From NCBI GenBank assembly GCA_951406725.2, contig OX597827.1, positions 44,206,001 through 44,270,000 of the forward strand: a stretch of DNA of 64,000 nt, in the 5' to 3' direction. Made by a program: the position numbers and the translations under genes. The DNA is from Octopus vulgaris (lineage: Eukaryota). Of the stretch, positions 26,497 to 39,950 are shown piece by piece. The notes beneath the pieces are model-generated. The model was not told where the DNA came from and did not search any database. It saw only the letters and a program-made list of their open reading frames with translations. The number at the start of each line of letters is the position of its first letter. Positions within the stretch are counted from its first letter, which is position 1.

Positions 26497-26852
26497 TTAC
26501 TTGTTTCAGTCATTAGAAGAATTTTTAGTCGAATGAATCGAACAGCGACCCTCCCCGCCCCACGTCCCAGTACTTATTGTGTGCTTTTAAGCCTGGTACT
26601 TAATTCTATCGGTCTCTTTTGCCGAGCCGCAAGGTTACTAGGGCGTAAACACACCAACACTAGTCGTCAAGCGGTGGTAGGGGATAAGCACAGACAAAAA
26701 GACAAGCCTCCCACACACACACATATATATATATATATATACATATATACATGTGTATGTGATTGCGCGCGCGCGACGGGTTTCTTTCAGTTTCCGTTTA
26801 CCAAATCCACTCCCAAGGCTTTGGTCGGCTTGAGGCTATAGTGGAAAACACC
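26497..26852 (-). mobile_element. SINE family B
   Basis: Reverse complement of family B head and tail around an internal microsatellite. Confidence 0.75.
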
Positions 26853-26867
26853 TCCTCAACCTATTTA

Positions 26868-27018
26868 TCTGTCTATCTGTTTTTTTCCCCGGTCCCTTTT
26901 GATCGGAATTTTACTTTTTTTCCTCCCTTTTTCTTTTTCATTTTCGAAAAGAAAAGCTCTACATTTGTATTTGTCCCCTCTGTGTTCAGCCCTGTATGGC
27001 TAATAAAGAAAGTTATCT
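26868..27018 (+). mobile_element. Tx1/L1-type LINE 3' UTR end
   Basis: Inverted homologue of 27385-27530 (GAAAAGCTCTAC.TTGTATTTGTCCCCTCTGTGTTCAGCCCTG..AATAAAGAAA). Confidence 0.7.
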
Positions 27019-27061
27019 ATTAATCTAGATAGAAAAATAGATAGTTAGATATACAGATAGT

Positions 27062-27174
<113 letters not shown>

Positions 27175-27256
27175 GGACAGGCAGGTAGGCAGGCAGACAG
27201 ACAAACAGACAGACAGACAGGCAGGTAGACAAACAAACAGACAGACAGACAGTTGT

Positions 27257-27365
<109 letters not shown>

Positions 27366-27384
27366 GTTTCTTTATAGATAGATA

Positions 27385-28432
27385 ATGTTTCTTTATTGGC
27401 CACACAGGGCTGAACACAGGGAGAACAAAATACAAAGTAGAGCTTTTCTTTTTGGGAAGAAGAGAAAAAAAGTGGACCGAATTTCGATCAAAAGGGATCG
27501 TGGGAAAAAAAAGCTGATCAATAGGGATCGTGTATCACAGAAATGTCAATGTAAAAAGGGAAAATAGATTAGGTTTATCCATAGGAAGAAAAGCCTACGG
27601 AAAAGACCACGGTAACATTAAGCAGTAACGTCATGCAAAAAGAAAACGCGTTACAGTGACTCTTTTTTCCTTCTTTTTTGGGGGGAGGGGTAGGTCATGG
27701 GATATGCTCAAGTTGGCTTCGTCATTCACACGTGCCATCCTTGCTACATTCGCCCATCCTTTTTTTTTTAAACATTCACTAGACAAAACTTCCCTCTCTA
27801 CTCTCACCTTCTTTTTCAAGTGATACTTGGAGAAGTTGATGAGAGATTTACCAGAGAGGGAAATGTTTGTCTCTAGACCTTTCAGACGCGTCCATCGTAC
27901 ACATTCCTTTGCCATAGCCACAAGTACGATGAAAATGGCTCTTCCTTTCCGTTTCAAGGAAGGAGGCGCGGCAATATTCACGATAGACTCGGTTGATAAA
28001 CTGACTCGTCCTACACGCGATAGCGGTTGTTCGACATAGGCCCACAGGTCGGAAATGGTTGGACACTGCACGAGTGCGTGTAGAACGGTTCCGTCGCTCT
28101 GTACGCATCTCGGGCACGTCGGCTCCGTGTTCTCTCGAGGCCATGCCTGTAGAGCTTAACCCGAACGGGTAGCGTTTCTCGATAGCACTGCCAGACCAGT
28201 GATCTCTGAAAGTTGTCTTATAGGTCCCGGCCTGAAAGTCGCCTTGAACAGGCGAGTCAGGTATTCCTCGTCGACGTCCAGGTTCGCCCCGAGGTCGTCG
28301 TCGTACCTCCCCTCCATAAATCCCCTATAGAATGCTTTGGTTGTGTTGAAGTCGCTCAATGTCAACCCGGGACAGCATAGTTGCTTGAGAGCAGCGCGAC
28401 AATCACGGTACCATTCGCGTTGCTCCCAACGC

Positions 28433-28433
<1 letters not shown>
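27385..28433 (-). mobile_element. Tx1/L1-clade LINE 3' fragment (zf-RVT/CCHC region) in (GATA)n
   Basis: DNFQRSLVWQCYRETLPVRVKLYRHG..RCVQSDGTVLHALVQCPTISDLWAYVEQ..VAMAKECVRWTR; both ends in GATA repeats. Confidence 0.8.
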
Positions 28434-28482
<49 letters not shown>

Positions 28483-28505
28483 TACAGACAGACAGACAGA
28501 CAGAC

Positions 28506-28542
<37 letters not shown>

Positions 28543-28612
28543 CATACATACATACATACATACATACATACATACATACATACATACATACATACATACA
28601 TACATACATGCA

Positions 28613-28785
28613 TAGGCACAGCAGATTTCTTCACAGTTTCCGTCAACAAAATCCAGTCACAAGGCTATGGTCAGCCCGGGACTATAGCTGAAGATACCTA
28701 CACAAAATTCCACGCGGTGGGACTGAACCCGAAATCATGCGTTTGCAAAGCGAGCCTCTTACCTTCACACCCATGCCTGTGCCTG
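28613..28785 (-). mobile_element. SINE family B 5' half
   Basis: Reverse complement of the family B head. Confidence 0.7.
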
Positions 28786-30232
28786 TACGATGAAAAAAAC
28801 CTTCTTATGCAATCATTTTTTTTTGTTTGTTTGTTTTATGATATATTGTTGATATAAATGGCATATAACAGTGCCATTACAATTGCCTTTTAATCATAGT
28901 GCCGCTGTGTACTGTTAATGTAGTGTAAGTTATATGAATTTATAGCTGAGCGCCCGAAAGGGAAACTTTTTGTCTACATTTTATTTTCTGCTATTCGGTC
29001 GGGTAATTTACTAGTAATATAAACATATTTTATCTACAGGTATTTTTGTACTATGATTAGTATTTAAATATCTAGTTATATACATATTGCAAACAGAATA
29101 TACTATCACAATTAGAAACGTTTCTAGGATGGTTTTGTACGAACAGAAACGTTTTATTTGCAGATTACTATAATTTTAGTCACTTTTTTGAATAACCAAA
29201 AATATCCTTATTATTTTAAATTCGAAATTGATAAAAACATATTGAAAAGAGTAATTTAATCATATATTAATGTAGCAAAAAAAACCCATATATCATATGC
29301 TTTCGTATATGTACAACTGAATTCTTGGTATTCAGCCAAATCATGCACTTCGTTTTGATTGATGAGAAAAACGTGTGACTATGCCTACTTGTATATGTAG
29401 TTTACTATAATTCTCTATTGAGTTTTATTTTCTTAATGGAAAATAGGAAGACAACTCAAACTGTAGCCAACATATTATAAATCTAAAATACGATTTGAAT
29501 AGTAAAGTGAACCTGTCAAAAATGCAGTATTTCTTTTTTTTTTCTTTTTTTTACGTTATAAATTTTTAGAAATTCATTGTCTCTGTGTTTATCTATACGT
29601 CTGTTTCTGGTTTATTTTAACGAATGAGACCGAGACGTTCTTCAAAAAAGTCATCCGACTGTTTTTTATACAGACAGTTCTGCATAATACACTAAAGTAC
29701 AGACAACCGTCACTCGCAAGCAGATACGGTTATATTTACCGAGCTTTCGATAATTGTTTAAGATGCTTATGTGTTAACGAGCACACATATAGATTATCTC
29801 GGCGACCTCCACGTTGAATCAGTGGAATATCCAGGATGTGAAGATGGAAAGAGGGTAAAGAACTAAACCAACCACCGGCTGTTATTCTTTTACAGCTAAC
29901 TAAACCAGAGCAACGTGAAAATAAGTTCCTAGTTCAAATGATACAACACGCTAATTTGTTTTACTGGTGCGGCACTCTTACATATTAACAGATAGGTTTT
30001 TACGCTATCTGGATACACTTCGGGCCAACGATTTGAATTCGTCACGAAGACAAATCGAGTATACGGCAGCGATGAAGTACCAGCGAAATATCGATGTGCC
30101 ATTCTCATTCACCGCCGGGGTGATTAGTTTAGCCTGACATTGACTTATACTGTCTTTTTCAACACGTCTTTAAAGAGACCTTCTCGAGATGACATAACGC
30201 AGGCAAAAACCATTTAACAACACACATGCATA

Positions 30233-30271
<39 letters not shown>

Positions 30272-30733
30272 ACCTGATATGTCTATTCACCTCCAACAAT
30301 AGATAGCTGTTACCATCTTTCATTTCATAACGGCTACCTCTGAAGAGCGCAGGTTTGCATATTCGGGCTGTTACCTAACACTCCGTTGAACCCCTTCTGC
30401 GAAACTGATTTATAAGATCTGCCGTAACGGATATATAATACAGTACGCTTCGATTAATGTGTATGTTTTTCCTACCCACAACAGCTTTAAAATCAGTATA
30501 GGCTTGTTTGTGTCAATGTAAATTAGCGGGTCAACAAACGGGATGATAGAATAAGTGTCAGGTTTAAAGATAAATACTGTATTTATAGGCATAGATACAG
30601 CTGTGTGGTTAAGCATACATACATACATATATGAATACATATAAGTGTGTGTATGTGGGTATGCATACGTGTATATGTACATATATATATATATGTACTT
30701 ATAAGTATATACGTATATGTGTATATATTTATG

Positions 30734-30770
<37 letters not shown>

Positions 30771-30843
30771 ATACATGTATATATATATATATACATATAT
30801 ATATTATATATATATATATATACATATATATATTATATATATT

Positions 30844-30887
<44 letters not shown>

Positions 30888-31041
30888 ATATCTATTTTCA
30901 AAATATACATATATACAATCATACATATAAGCGTGTTATGCGGGTATACATGCACGTATATGTATATATGTATGTGTGCGTGTGTGCACACACACATATA
31001 TATATATGTGTACATGTATATACATATATATACATATATAT

Positions 31042-31089
<48 letters not shown>

Positions 31090-31279
31090 GTATATCATGT
31101 ATATATTGCTCTATATAAATTGTATTATTATCTTTGTACACCTATATTATCGTATCGGTTATATATATATACACAAAATATTTGCGCATATTGACATCAT
31201 CATCCATGCATACAACCTAAGCACACGCACACATACATTTATAAATAAATATATAAACTCATGTGTGCGTGTAGGCGTA

Positions 31280-32010
31280 TGTATGCCGAAAATGTTCCCC
31301 CTGCGTCAAAGATATACGAAAGACTTAATAAACAATGTTACAATCGAATCAAAACAAATCCTAATCCTTGATTTAAGAAGAATATCTCAGAATAAAGGGA
31401 ATACGAGCAGAATTATTCTGTTTGCTGTCACCCAAGATCCCGGAAAGCATAAAATCTTAGATTTCGCAAAACGACAGTTTCTAATTCTACGCCAGTCATC
31501 AAAACTATGTAGAACTGTTTAAGAGTCACAAATCGTCAACAGTTAAATGCAAACATCCAAACTTAAAATTTACTTTGGAGAAGAAATTCAGTGGGTAACC
31601 AAGCATGAAGGCTATTGCGGAAAGACTGGCGATTTGATTACATAGGGCGAAACGTTTTTTTTTTTAAATCTAAAAGATTAAATGTTCGAAAATGAGGAAG
31701 AATTTAAGAATAATATGAATACGAATTGCAAAATGGAGAATTTAATTTATACTGAACTACATGTCGAAAATGCATTGAGGCCTTTATCGAACAAGTCGAA
31801 ACGATGTAAATAGAAAATTAAAGGACACAGTCAGGGTACATAAACAACAAATCAGGGAAACGCTCGTCGGAAAATTTATAGTGGTTTAATTAGATATTTG
31901 TGCAAATGAGTATTTCGAAACATTCCTCCTTTCCAAAAGAAAGGGAGTAAACGAACAGTTACGAAAAAAGGAATATTTTACAAAGCTCTTCCATCTGAAA
32001 GAAATTGAAA
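31280..32010 (+). pseudogene. heavily decayed Penelope-like GIY-YIG endonuclease remnant
   Basis: Frameshifted FENEEEFKNNMNTNCKMENLIY..TCRKCIEAFI..LKDTVRVHKQQIRE..CANEYF..KKEYFTKLF. Confidence 0.55.
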
Positions 32011-32257
32011 TACTGTCAAACACTATCAAACATAATTACCATAGTGGTAATAACGTATAAAACTTGCCTTTTTATCGCCTGTCGAAAGCGCATACACAAT
32101 TATTACTTTCATTCCTTCCATGGGGTCTAATTTAATATGTTTGTTAAAATAGATTTGTAGATATTTTTTTAAGTTTGAGAAGCTTTCTCAAATACAAATA
32201 CATATATAGAGACACATTCATACACACACGTACACACGCGTACATGTGCAGATATAT

Positions 32258-32339
<82 letters not shown>

Positions 32340-33249
32340 GAGTACGTACGTACATACATACATACATACATACATACATACATACATACATTCATTCATA
32401 CATAATATGTATATATATATATGTATATATATATGCATACATAAGTAGATATGCACATGCATAAATATATACATACATAGTAATTACATGTTAAAATTTA
32501 AAATGATCCTTGTTAATCTAAATTTAAAACTAGAAACAAGATGTTGCCAATACATTTACTTATTTATGCTTTTTTCTTAATGTGATAAAACGCATATTAA
32601 ACTTACATGAACACTTATATCGGTTAGCCTTGAAGTCATCTTCTTGATTGACTATATATGTGTGTCCGCGTATGCATGCAATATGTATGAATGAATATTG
32701 ATATATATAAAATAGTTGAAAAACTAGGATACTAGCAAGTCATGGTAATGATTCTAAGTTTCGTGTAAAGCTGAGCGCATACATTCGTCAGATACTCTTT
32801 TACTTGTTACAGGCATTTGACTGCGGCCATGCTGGAGCACTGCCTTTTTATGTGCACTTGATATATTTATGTTGAACAATTATAAAAGAGGGCTGTTAAA
32901 GTCCAGCACTCAAAGCCTTTTGTGAGAACAGAAAAGATATTTTTACCAACAAAAATTCTCATTATTAAGAGCTAACAGTTTAAGGGTGGTAATTCACGTG
33001 AATAATCAGTTTCGAAATCCAATTCATGAAAGCGAACAGGGTCAAGAAAATATAGAAAATAACAATTGTAGAAAAAGAAAAAGAGAGAAAGAGAGAGTGG
33101 GTAAAGAGTGTGAAGGGATATAGAAAGTAAGGAATAAAAGAATACTGGGAAGAAATATTAAATGTTTAATGGATGAATGGATATACGAAGGATGAACGAG
33201 GAACAAGGAGAGAGCATTCATGTTGAACCTTTCTTCGGGGATTGAACCA

Positions 33250-33530
33250 GAATTTTGTACTTCTACTCGTATAAGCAGAATGTGAGTATCAATGATTTGG
33301 TGTTTAAGTACATTCTGGGCGTGAGCAACTTGTAAATATCCGTCGCTCCTCTGCTGAACAAAATTTACGTCTTCTGCTGCCATTGGAGTACGGCTTGCAT
33401 TTCTCAAACCAGCCTACAATTGATGTTCTAATCTACAGCCTTATCCCTCAACCATCATAGATGCTTAGCCAATGTAGTGATGTTCTGCTTCACGAAGCTC
33501 TTGATCGATGCGATATGGTTGCGTAGGCGT
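33250..33530 (-). pseudogene. decayed Penelope-like endonuclease C-terminus
   Basis: Minus strand: TTLAKHL*WLRDK..NINCR..EKCKPYSNGSRR..FC..EE..LNTKS, resembling the PLE terminal motif LSKYIW.LKD..KPYS..RCNLCL.EK..LNKRSE. Confidence 0.55.
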
Positions 33531-34284
33531 TTCTTGAAAGGGCCCTCTGTCAATCCAGTTTAGTAATTTATGAAACATGCGTTACAAATTCCAGTCAAAG
33601 GAAAAAATTATCTCTGTGTTGCGAAGAAAACAACAAGCAAACTTATCCTATCTAAACAAGAGTTAGAGGTAAACCTGGCAGATATTTTAAGTGAAATACT
33701 TTGTGGGGAGAATGGAGATATGGCACTATAAGTGTCACCCTTAAAACGGAGTACAGGACTTAAGAACAGTCCCAGATAATTGGGCACAGCTACCGTAAAC
33801 TGGTCCCACAGTATTTGTAGAGGAACGCGTCGGTCAGTGTCAGATGATGTTGAACTACCGGATTATAGTACTCTTCGTAACGCAATATGAACAAATGATT
33901 TTCACAGATATACCGTATTGCGTTATGTGGTCGGGTGGGATCAGCATAGCTATGCAGTGCTCATGACTCTGCAAGGCCCTACAAAAACATCGAAACTGCG
34001 TCCCGTAGAGGGTGCAGAGAGATAGACCTCAAAAAGCTCTGCATCCAAGATAGACGACCTAAAATCTTTTTACACAGGAAATCTTTTTACACAGAAAATC
34101 TTTAATACAAAACAAAAGAAGTAACAGCAAATCACAGAGGCGATCGCTTCTATGGCGATACCAGACAAAATTCATAAATCATCAAATGAAAGTGCCTGTC
34201 TTCATTTCGATGAGCAAACCATGACTCCCACACACACTCCGAGCTACAATCAGCAAAAGTAAGTATGTATGTGTGTGTGCGTGC

Positions 34285-34359
<75 letters not shown>

Positions 34360-34559
34360 TGTGTCTTTGTCCCCCAACATCGCTTGACAACCGACGCTGG
34401 TGTGTTTACGTTCCCGCAACCTAGCGGTTCGGCAAAAACCAACCGATAGAATAAATATTAGGCTTACAAAGCCCACAGCAACAGCAACAGCTAGTAACAA
34501 GAGATATGTAATCGAGGACTAGGATAGACGTAAAAGTTTCAAGCCTGAGAACCATAGTA

Positions 34560-34910
34560 CCATACTGTAGCTTCACTCTTTGAAGCCGCAGAAACCAAAG
34601 GCGTGTGACAGACGGTGTAGGGCAAAGGTTTCAGTTTTTTCTTTGGGGGGGGGAGTAGCAGGAGACGCATAATGGCCTTTTTACTGAAGAGCATAGGAGA
34701 TGAAAAAAGCAGCGAGGAAAGCCACATGTTTCTGTCGTTATAGCATGATCGGTTATTATTCCGGAGGCGGTCGCTTTGTATTCTGGTTGGTGAGCAGACA
34801 CTCTGTACTTTTGCCATAGTAACGAGCAGCATTAATCTAGCGTCTCGTGATGAGCAAGAAGAGAAGAAGAGATTAAGGAAGAATACGAAGAAACTAGCTG
34901 TGGGCAACAT
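34560..34910 (+). pseudogene. possible RTE-type LINE APE endonuclease remnant
   Basis: Weak, frameshifted resemblance (ETK..GKGFSFFFG..DRLL..EQEEKKR). Confidence 0.3.
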
Positions 34911-34962
34911 TTGAGTAAAAGAAAAGGGTAGTCCCCATAAAAGGAAGAATCCTCAACAGAAG

Positions 34963-35386
34963 GGCGCAGGAGTCGCTGTGTGTTAAGTAGCTTGCTTACC
35001 AGCCACATGGTTCCGGGTTCAATCCCACTGCGTGGCACCTTGGGTAAGTGTCTTCTACTATAGCATCGGGCCGACCAAAGCCTTGTGAGTGAATTTAGTA
35101 GACAGAAACTGAAAGACGCCCGTTCTATATATGTATATATATATATTATGTATGTATGTATGTATGTGTTTGTGTGTCTGTGTTTGTCCCCCAACATCGC
35201 TTGACAACCGATGGTGGTGCGTTTACGTCCCCGCAACTCAGCGGTTCGGCAAAAGAGTCCGATAAAATAACTACTAGGCTTCCAAACAATAAGTCCTGGG
35301 GTCGATTTGCTCGACTAAAGGCGGTGCTCCAACATGGCCGCGATCAAATGACTGAAACAAGTAAAAGAGTAAAGAGTAAAAGAGTA
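34963..35386 (+). mobile_element. SINE family B full-length reference copy
   Basis: tRNA-like head with B box GGTTCAATCCC, internal (TA/TATG)n, and 3' part ending in GTAAAAGA-type repeats. Confidence 0.9.
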
Positions 35387-35825
35387 GAAGGTGATTGGAT
35401 TCTCAGTCGCACAGATGCATGGCAGAGAAGACAGAGATTCATGTTGTTACGCAAGTTAAGAGTTCTGACAGCGAAATACTTGCGGAAGAGAATTTAGTGG
35501 GAGAGGATAGGAATAAACACGCGGAAGACAGAGAAATGTAACGGCAGCATAAAAATCTAAACCCGAGAACATTGGAATTCTTCTACTCCTCTCGACCTAA
35601 AAGATGTTAAAAGGCGCCTTTGAGTGCGCTAGAACTTAATATACACAGGAGCAAGGAGGTATGGTGATGGGGTCCTGTGGCCCAGTTAGCGACTCGATTC
35701 TCAGCCATATTTAGTTCAATAAAACTAAATGGTTTTTCATGTTATGCATATATTTTGTTTTAATTATCGTGTCTTTCATATAATTCCATATTTAATTACG
35801 TCTTTTAACAGATTTTTAGCTCGAT

Positions 35826-35866
<41 letters not shown>

Positions 35867-36226
35867 CTTTCTCAGCACTTTACTGTCTTTATATAACTTT
35901 GTCAAGACATACGTATATATACACATACATGCACATATATATATTTACAGGGTTACATATATATATATATATACATATATATGTGTGTGTGTGTGTGTGT
36001 ATGTGTGTATGTATGTATGTATACATATATATATATGCATGTACGTATGTATGTGTGTATGTATATATGTACGTATGTATGTATGTATGTATGCATGCAT
36101 ATATATATATGTATGTATGTATATATATATATATATGCATATATATATGTATGAATATGTATGTATGTATGTATATGTATATACATGTATGTATATGTAT
36201 GTATGCATATATATGTATGTATTATT

Positions 36227-36257
<31 letters not shown>

Positions 36258-36629
36258 TATATACATACATACATACATACATACATACATACATACATAC
36301 GATACATACATATATGTACATACATAAAAGTACATACAAATATACATATATGGTGTAATCGACTTATCCCCACCCCCGACATTTCAGGTCTTGTGCCTAT
36401 TCCTACCTTTTTTTTTCTTTTTAACCTTTTTATACTCTGTATATTTTTCTTCCTTTTCATTGTATACTGTGTTTACTTACATTTTTTTTTTGTTACTTAT
36501 CTAATTATTTTAGCATTTCATTATATGTAAACCCCTACGCTTTATGTCTGTCTTTGTATTCCCCCCCCCCTCATCCTTTGCCTTGGTGAAAAATAAGTGA
36601 AATAATAATTATTATTATTATTATTATTA

Positions 36630-36747
36630 TTACCTCCGCCTTAGCGAAGGCGGAGGTATTGTTTTCAGTCGTGTTTGTTCGTTTGTTTGTTTGTTTACTT
36701 GTTTGTTTGTTTATCCGTGGACGAGATATCTCAAGAACCGCTGAATG

Positions 36748-36750
<3 letters not shown>
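36630..36750 (+). mobile_element. Helentron-associated (HINE-like) element 5' part
   Basis: TTACCTCCGCCTTAGCGAAGGCGGAGGTA hairpin, (GTTT)n core and ATATCTCAAGAACC; homologue at 48020-48357. Confidence 0.6.
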
Positions 36751-36829
<79 letters not shown>

Positions 36830-36842
36830 CAGAGAGACAGAC

Positions 36843-36917
<75 letters not shown>

Positions 36918-36945
36918 GAGATATTTAAATTCTCCTTATAATAGA

Positions 36946-36987
<42 letters not shown>

Positions 36988-37091
36988 ACAAGAGTAGTTT
37001 TACAGCTTGTAGCAACTGTCACATCAAGGAATCAAGACATTAAAACGCCGAGAATGAATATTTAATTGATATTCAAGTAATATTTAATTAC

Positions 37092-37287
37092 GTGGAGGCA
37101 TATGGCTTAGTGGCTAGAGCAGCGGTCGAGGGATCGTGGGTTCGAATCTCAGACCGGGCGATGTGTGTGTTTATGAACGAAAGACCTTAGCTCTACACGG
37201 CTCCGGCAGAAGGTAATGGCGAACTTCTGCTCACCTGCGTATAGGTGAGGAACCTATACGCCAAGGAAACCGGGAAACCGGCCCTTA
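37092..37287 (+). mobile_element. SINE family C-related
   Basis: GTGGAGGCATATGGCTTAGTGG..GGTTCGAATC; tail GGAAACCGGGAAACCGGCCC is shared with the 11051 copy. Confidence 0.7.
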
Positions 37288-37427
37288 ATATTTAATTGCA
37301 AGTATATTGCAAGCTGTATAATGTCTTGACCTGACCAACTTTGAAAATAAGAAATTAAGGAGCAGTAACGAAATATATACATGCATACATATTTTTATAA
37401 ATATAGGTATGTGTGTGTTTGCACGTG

Positions 37428-37485
<58 letters not shown>

Positions 37486-37493
37486 TATATATG

Positions 37494-37525
<32 letters not shown>

Positions 37526-38115
37526 CGCGTCTAGAATACGTAGGCGAATATTTTTTATTGACATGATAGGAATTCCCGGGAGAACATGAAATGAAGCAGA
37601 TGAAGATACAGGTAAATATTGGGTTGAAAAATCCCTTTTGGATAACAAAAATTGAAAGGTACCTGTGGTAGTCGAACCCACATCTTCTGTGAACGTGATA
37701 GACGGTGTACCATTGGACCGAAGCATTTGACCTTTGAATTTCTGTATCCGTTTTAGGAACTATATTCTTACCAGCGAGTATTGTATGTTCTTGATGTCAT
37801 AAGAATTTCATAATTTTGAGAGGTATATTTGCATAGCTACATATGTATGTATATGTATGTATATATACACACACACACACATAAATAATACATACATATA
37901 TATGCATACATACATATGCATACATGTATATATATACATACATGTATATATATACATACATATAAATACATATATAGCTATGCAAATATACCTCTCAAAG
38001 TTATGAAATTCTTATGACATCATATATATGTGTGTGTGTGTAATATGTATATATATATATACGCGAAAAATATAATGGTTACTAACTGTGACTGAGGGTG
38101 CCAGAGAACCTATAT

Positions 38116-38325
38116 TCTTTTCTTCTCTAGGAACAAGGCCCGAAATTTTGGGGGAGGAGGTCAGTCGATCAGATCGATCCCAGTACGCAAGTGGTACTTA
38201 ATTTATCAACCCGGAAAAGAAAACGGAAGTCGACCTCGGAGGAATTTGAACTCAGAAGGTAAAGACAGGCGAAATACCGCTAAGCATACCGCCTGGCGTG
38301 CTAACGTTTCTGCCAGCTCGCCGCC
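38116..38325 (-). mobile_element. SINE family A
   Basis: Reverse complement of 19601-20000. Confidence 0.85.
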
Positions 38326-38468
38326 TTGTACCGTAGAATCTATATTGCAAGCAATAAAACTTAAAACCTAGAGATTTATAATTGCTTGTTTACACTTTTT
38401 CGAGATCAGTGTCTTTTCGTCACTGGAAAAAAATGATATATATATTTGCATTGACAACCGGTGATTGT

Positions 38469-38513
38469 CACACGCTGATGACGGGTCAACACCCAGAAAC
38501 TCGGGTCCGTGTG
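38469..38513 (+). ncRNA. minimal type I hammerhead ribozyme
   Basis: CACACG-CTGATGA-cGGGT-caac-ACCCa-GAAA-CTCGGG-TC-CGTGTG; perfect 6-bp helix I and GUC site. The host element ends at (TA)n at about 38682. Confidence 0.85.
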
Positions 38514-38679
38514 TATCATGTCAGGTTGGATATGAAAAGGATGGCATCCCTTTGCAAATACGGATAGGGCACAGAAAGTGTGTCAATAGCCAGCTGGAGG
38601 AGGTGTCCTCCTGGGGCTACAAGCTACAGTAGCATCTACCCTTAAGGGTTAGCCACATTTAAGTGGCAAATATACTTCA

Positions 38680-38713
<34 letters not shown>

Positions 38714-38746
38714 CAGGGGAGATAACCACTCCATGGATCACTAGGA

Positions 38747-38792
38747 TCATTAGACTAGTTTCGTCTGTCAGTCGTAGGCTCGTCAGTAGTGA
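38747..38792 (-). ncRNA. minimal type I hammerhead ribozyme (slightly decayed)
   Basis: Minus strand: TCACTA-CTGACGA-GCCT..AGAC-GAAA-CTAG-TC-TAATGA; palindromic helix III ACTAGT, GUC site, one mismatch each in helices I and II. Confidence 0.7.
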
Positions 38793-38959
38793 CTACTCGA
38801 ACACTTGATGATTTGGCTAAATCCGGCTGTCATATATTTTGTTACCATAAAAACTTATGGCTGATTTAGCGAAATGCTAAGGGCATTAATTTGCGCCTAG
38901 CTGTTTATATTAATTTTTATACAAACACACACACATATGTCATCATGGATTCTCCCGTC

Positions 38960-39235
38960 GAAGAGTGACGTATGAGGGTGTGGCAATTTCTTGCCGAACA
39001 ACCACACAGATGATTTGTTTATAGTGATCAAATGTTTGTGTTCACGTAAGCTCAGTCCCTCCATCAAATCGACATAACCTATACAGGTGCGCGACGTGCC
39101 GTATATCAGATGTCGAAGTAGTCATGAAATGAAGTGCTTTGCTCAACAACAAAACGCAACGCAACGCCCGGTCTGGGAATCGAAACTATAATCTTGCAAT
39201 CGTGAGTGCAGCACCCTAGCCACAAACCCATGCGA
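38960..39235 (-). mobile_element. SINE family C variant
   Basis: Reverse complement of a tRNA head plus TTGAGCAAAGCACTTCATTTCA. Confidence 0.6.
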
Positions 39236-39312
<77 letters not shown>

Positions 39313-39317
<5 letters not shown>

Positions 39318-39538
39318 CAAATAAGAAAATGGAGAAACAACTTCAGTTTGTTCATCAACTTACGAATATTACAATGTTACATTATTTATTCATTTTACAA
39401 ATGAGAATACCAAACGCAAACAAAATATTATATAAATCAATAGGTAATATAATAATACAAATACAGATTTTAAAACTCATACTATAAAGTATAGAAATTT
39501 ATAAAATACTTCTTACAGCTGTTTCAGCCTATGGTCAT
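39313..39538 (-). mobile_element. 5'-truncated hammerhead element between (TA)n tracts
   Basis: Minus strand starts ..ggctGAAA-CAGCTG-TA-agaa (3' half of a hammerhead, palindromic ACAGCTGT). Confidence 0.5.
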
Positions 39539-39642
39539 ATATATATATATATATATATAATATGAAATATATATAAATATATGCATATATACATACATAT
39601 ATGTACATACCTACATATATATGTATATATACATACATATAT

Positions 39643-39950
39643 GGGTACAGCACATCAAAAAAACGTTGAACACAATGAGAAAGGAAAACATAAAAACAAA
39701 AACATAGAAACGAATTCTTTTTTTGGAACAACGAGAAAAACAAACAGAGAAACGAGACATGCAACATAAAGAATATTCCCCTTCTTCAGTTGTCTCTGTT
39801 TCATCTACTCCGGATTCGAAGGCATGGACAATACGCGACTTCGTTGAAACAATTCTTCCCGCAAAGCAAATTAAATAAAATTTGGAATTTTTTGCGGAGG
39901 GTGAAAGTGGTAACAAGAACAGGACAGTGAGAACAAAACAGTGAAACAAA
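39643..39950 (-). mobile_element. non-autonomous repeat (family shared with 21986-22152)
   Basis: Internal homology; ends at a TA-rich tract. Confidence 0.6.

Noticed and set aside
34963-35035. tRNA genes at SINE heads
   Set aside because: A/B boxes are present but there is no complete cloverleaf, and they continue into multi-copy SINE bodies.
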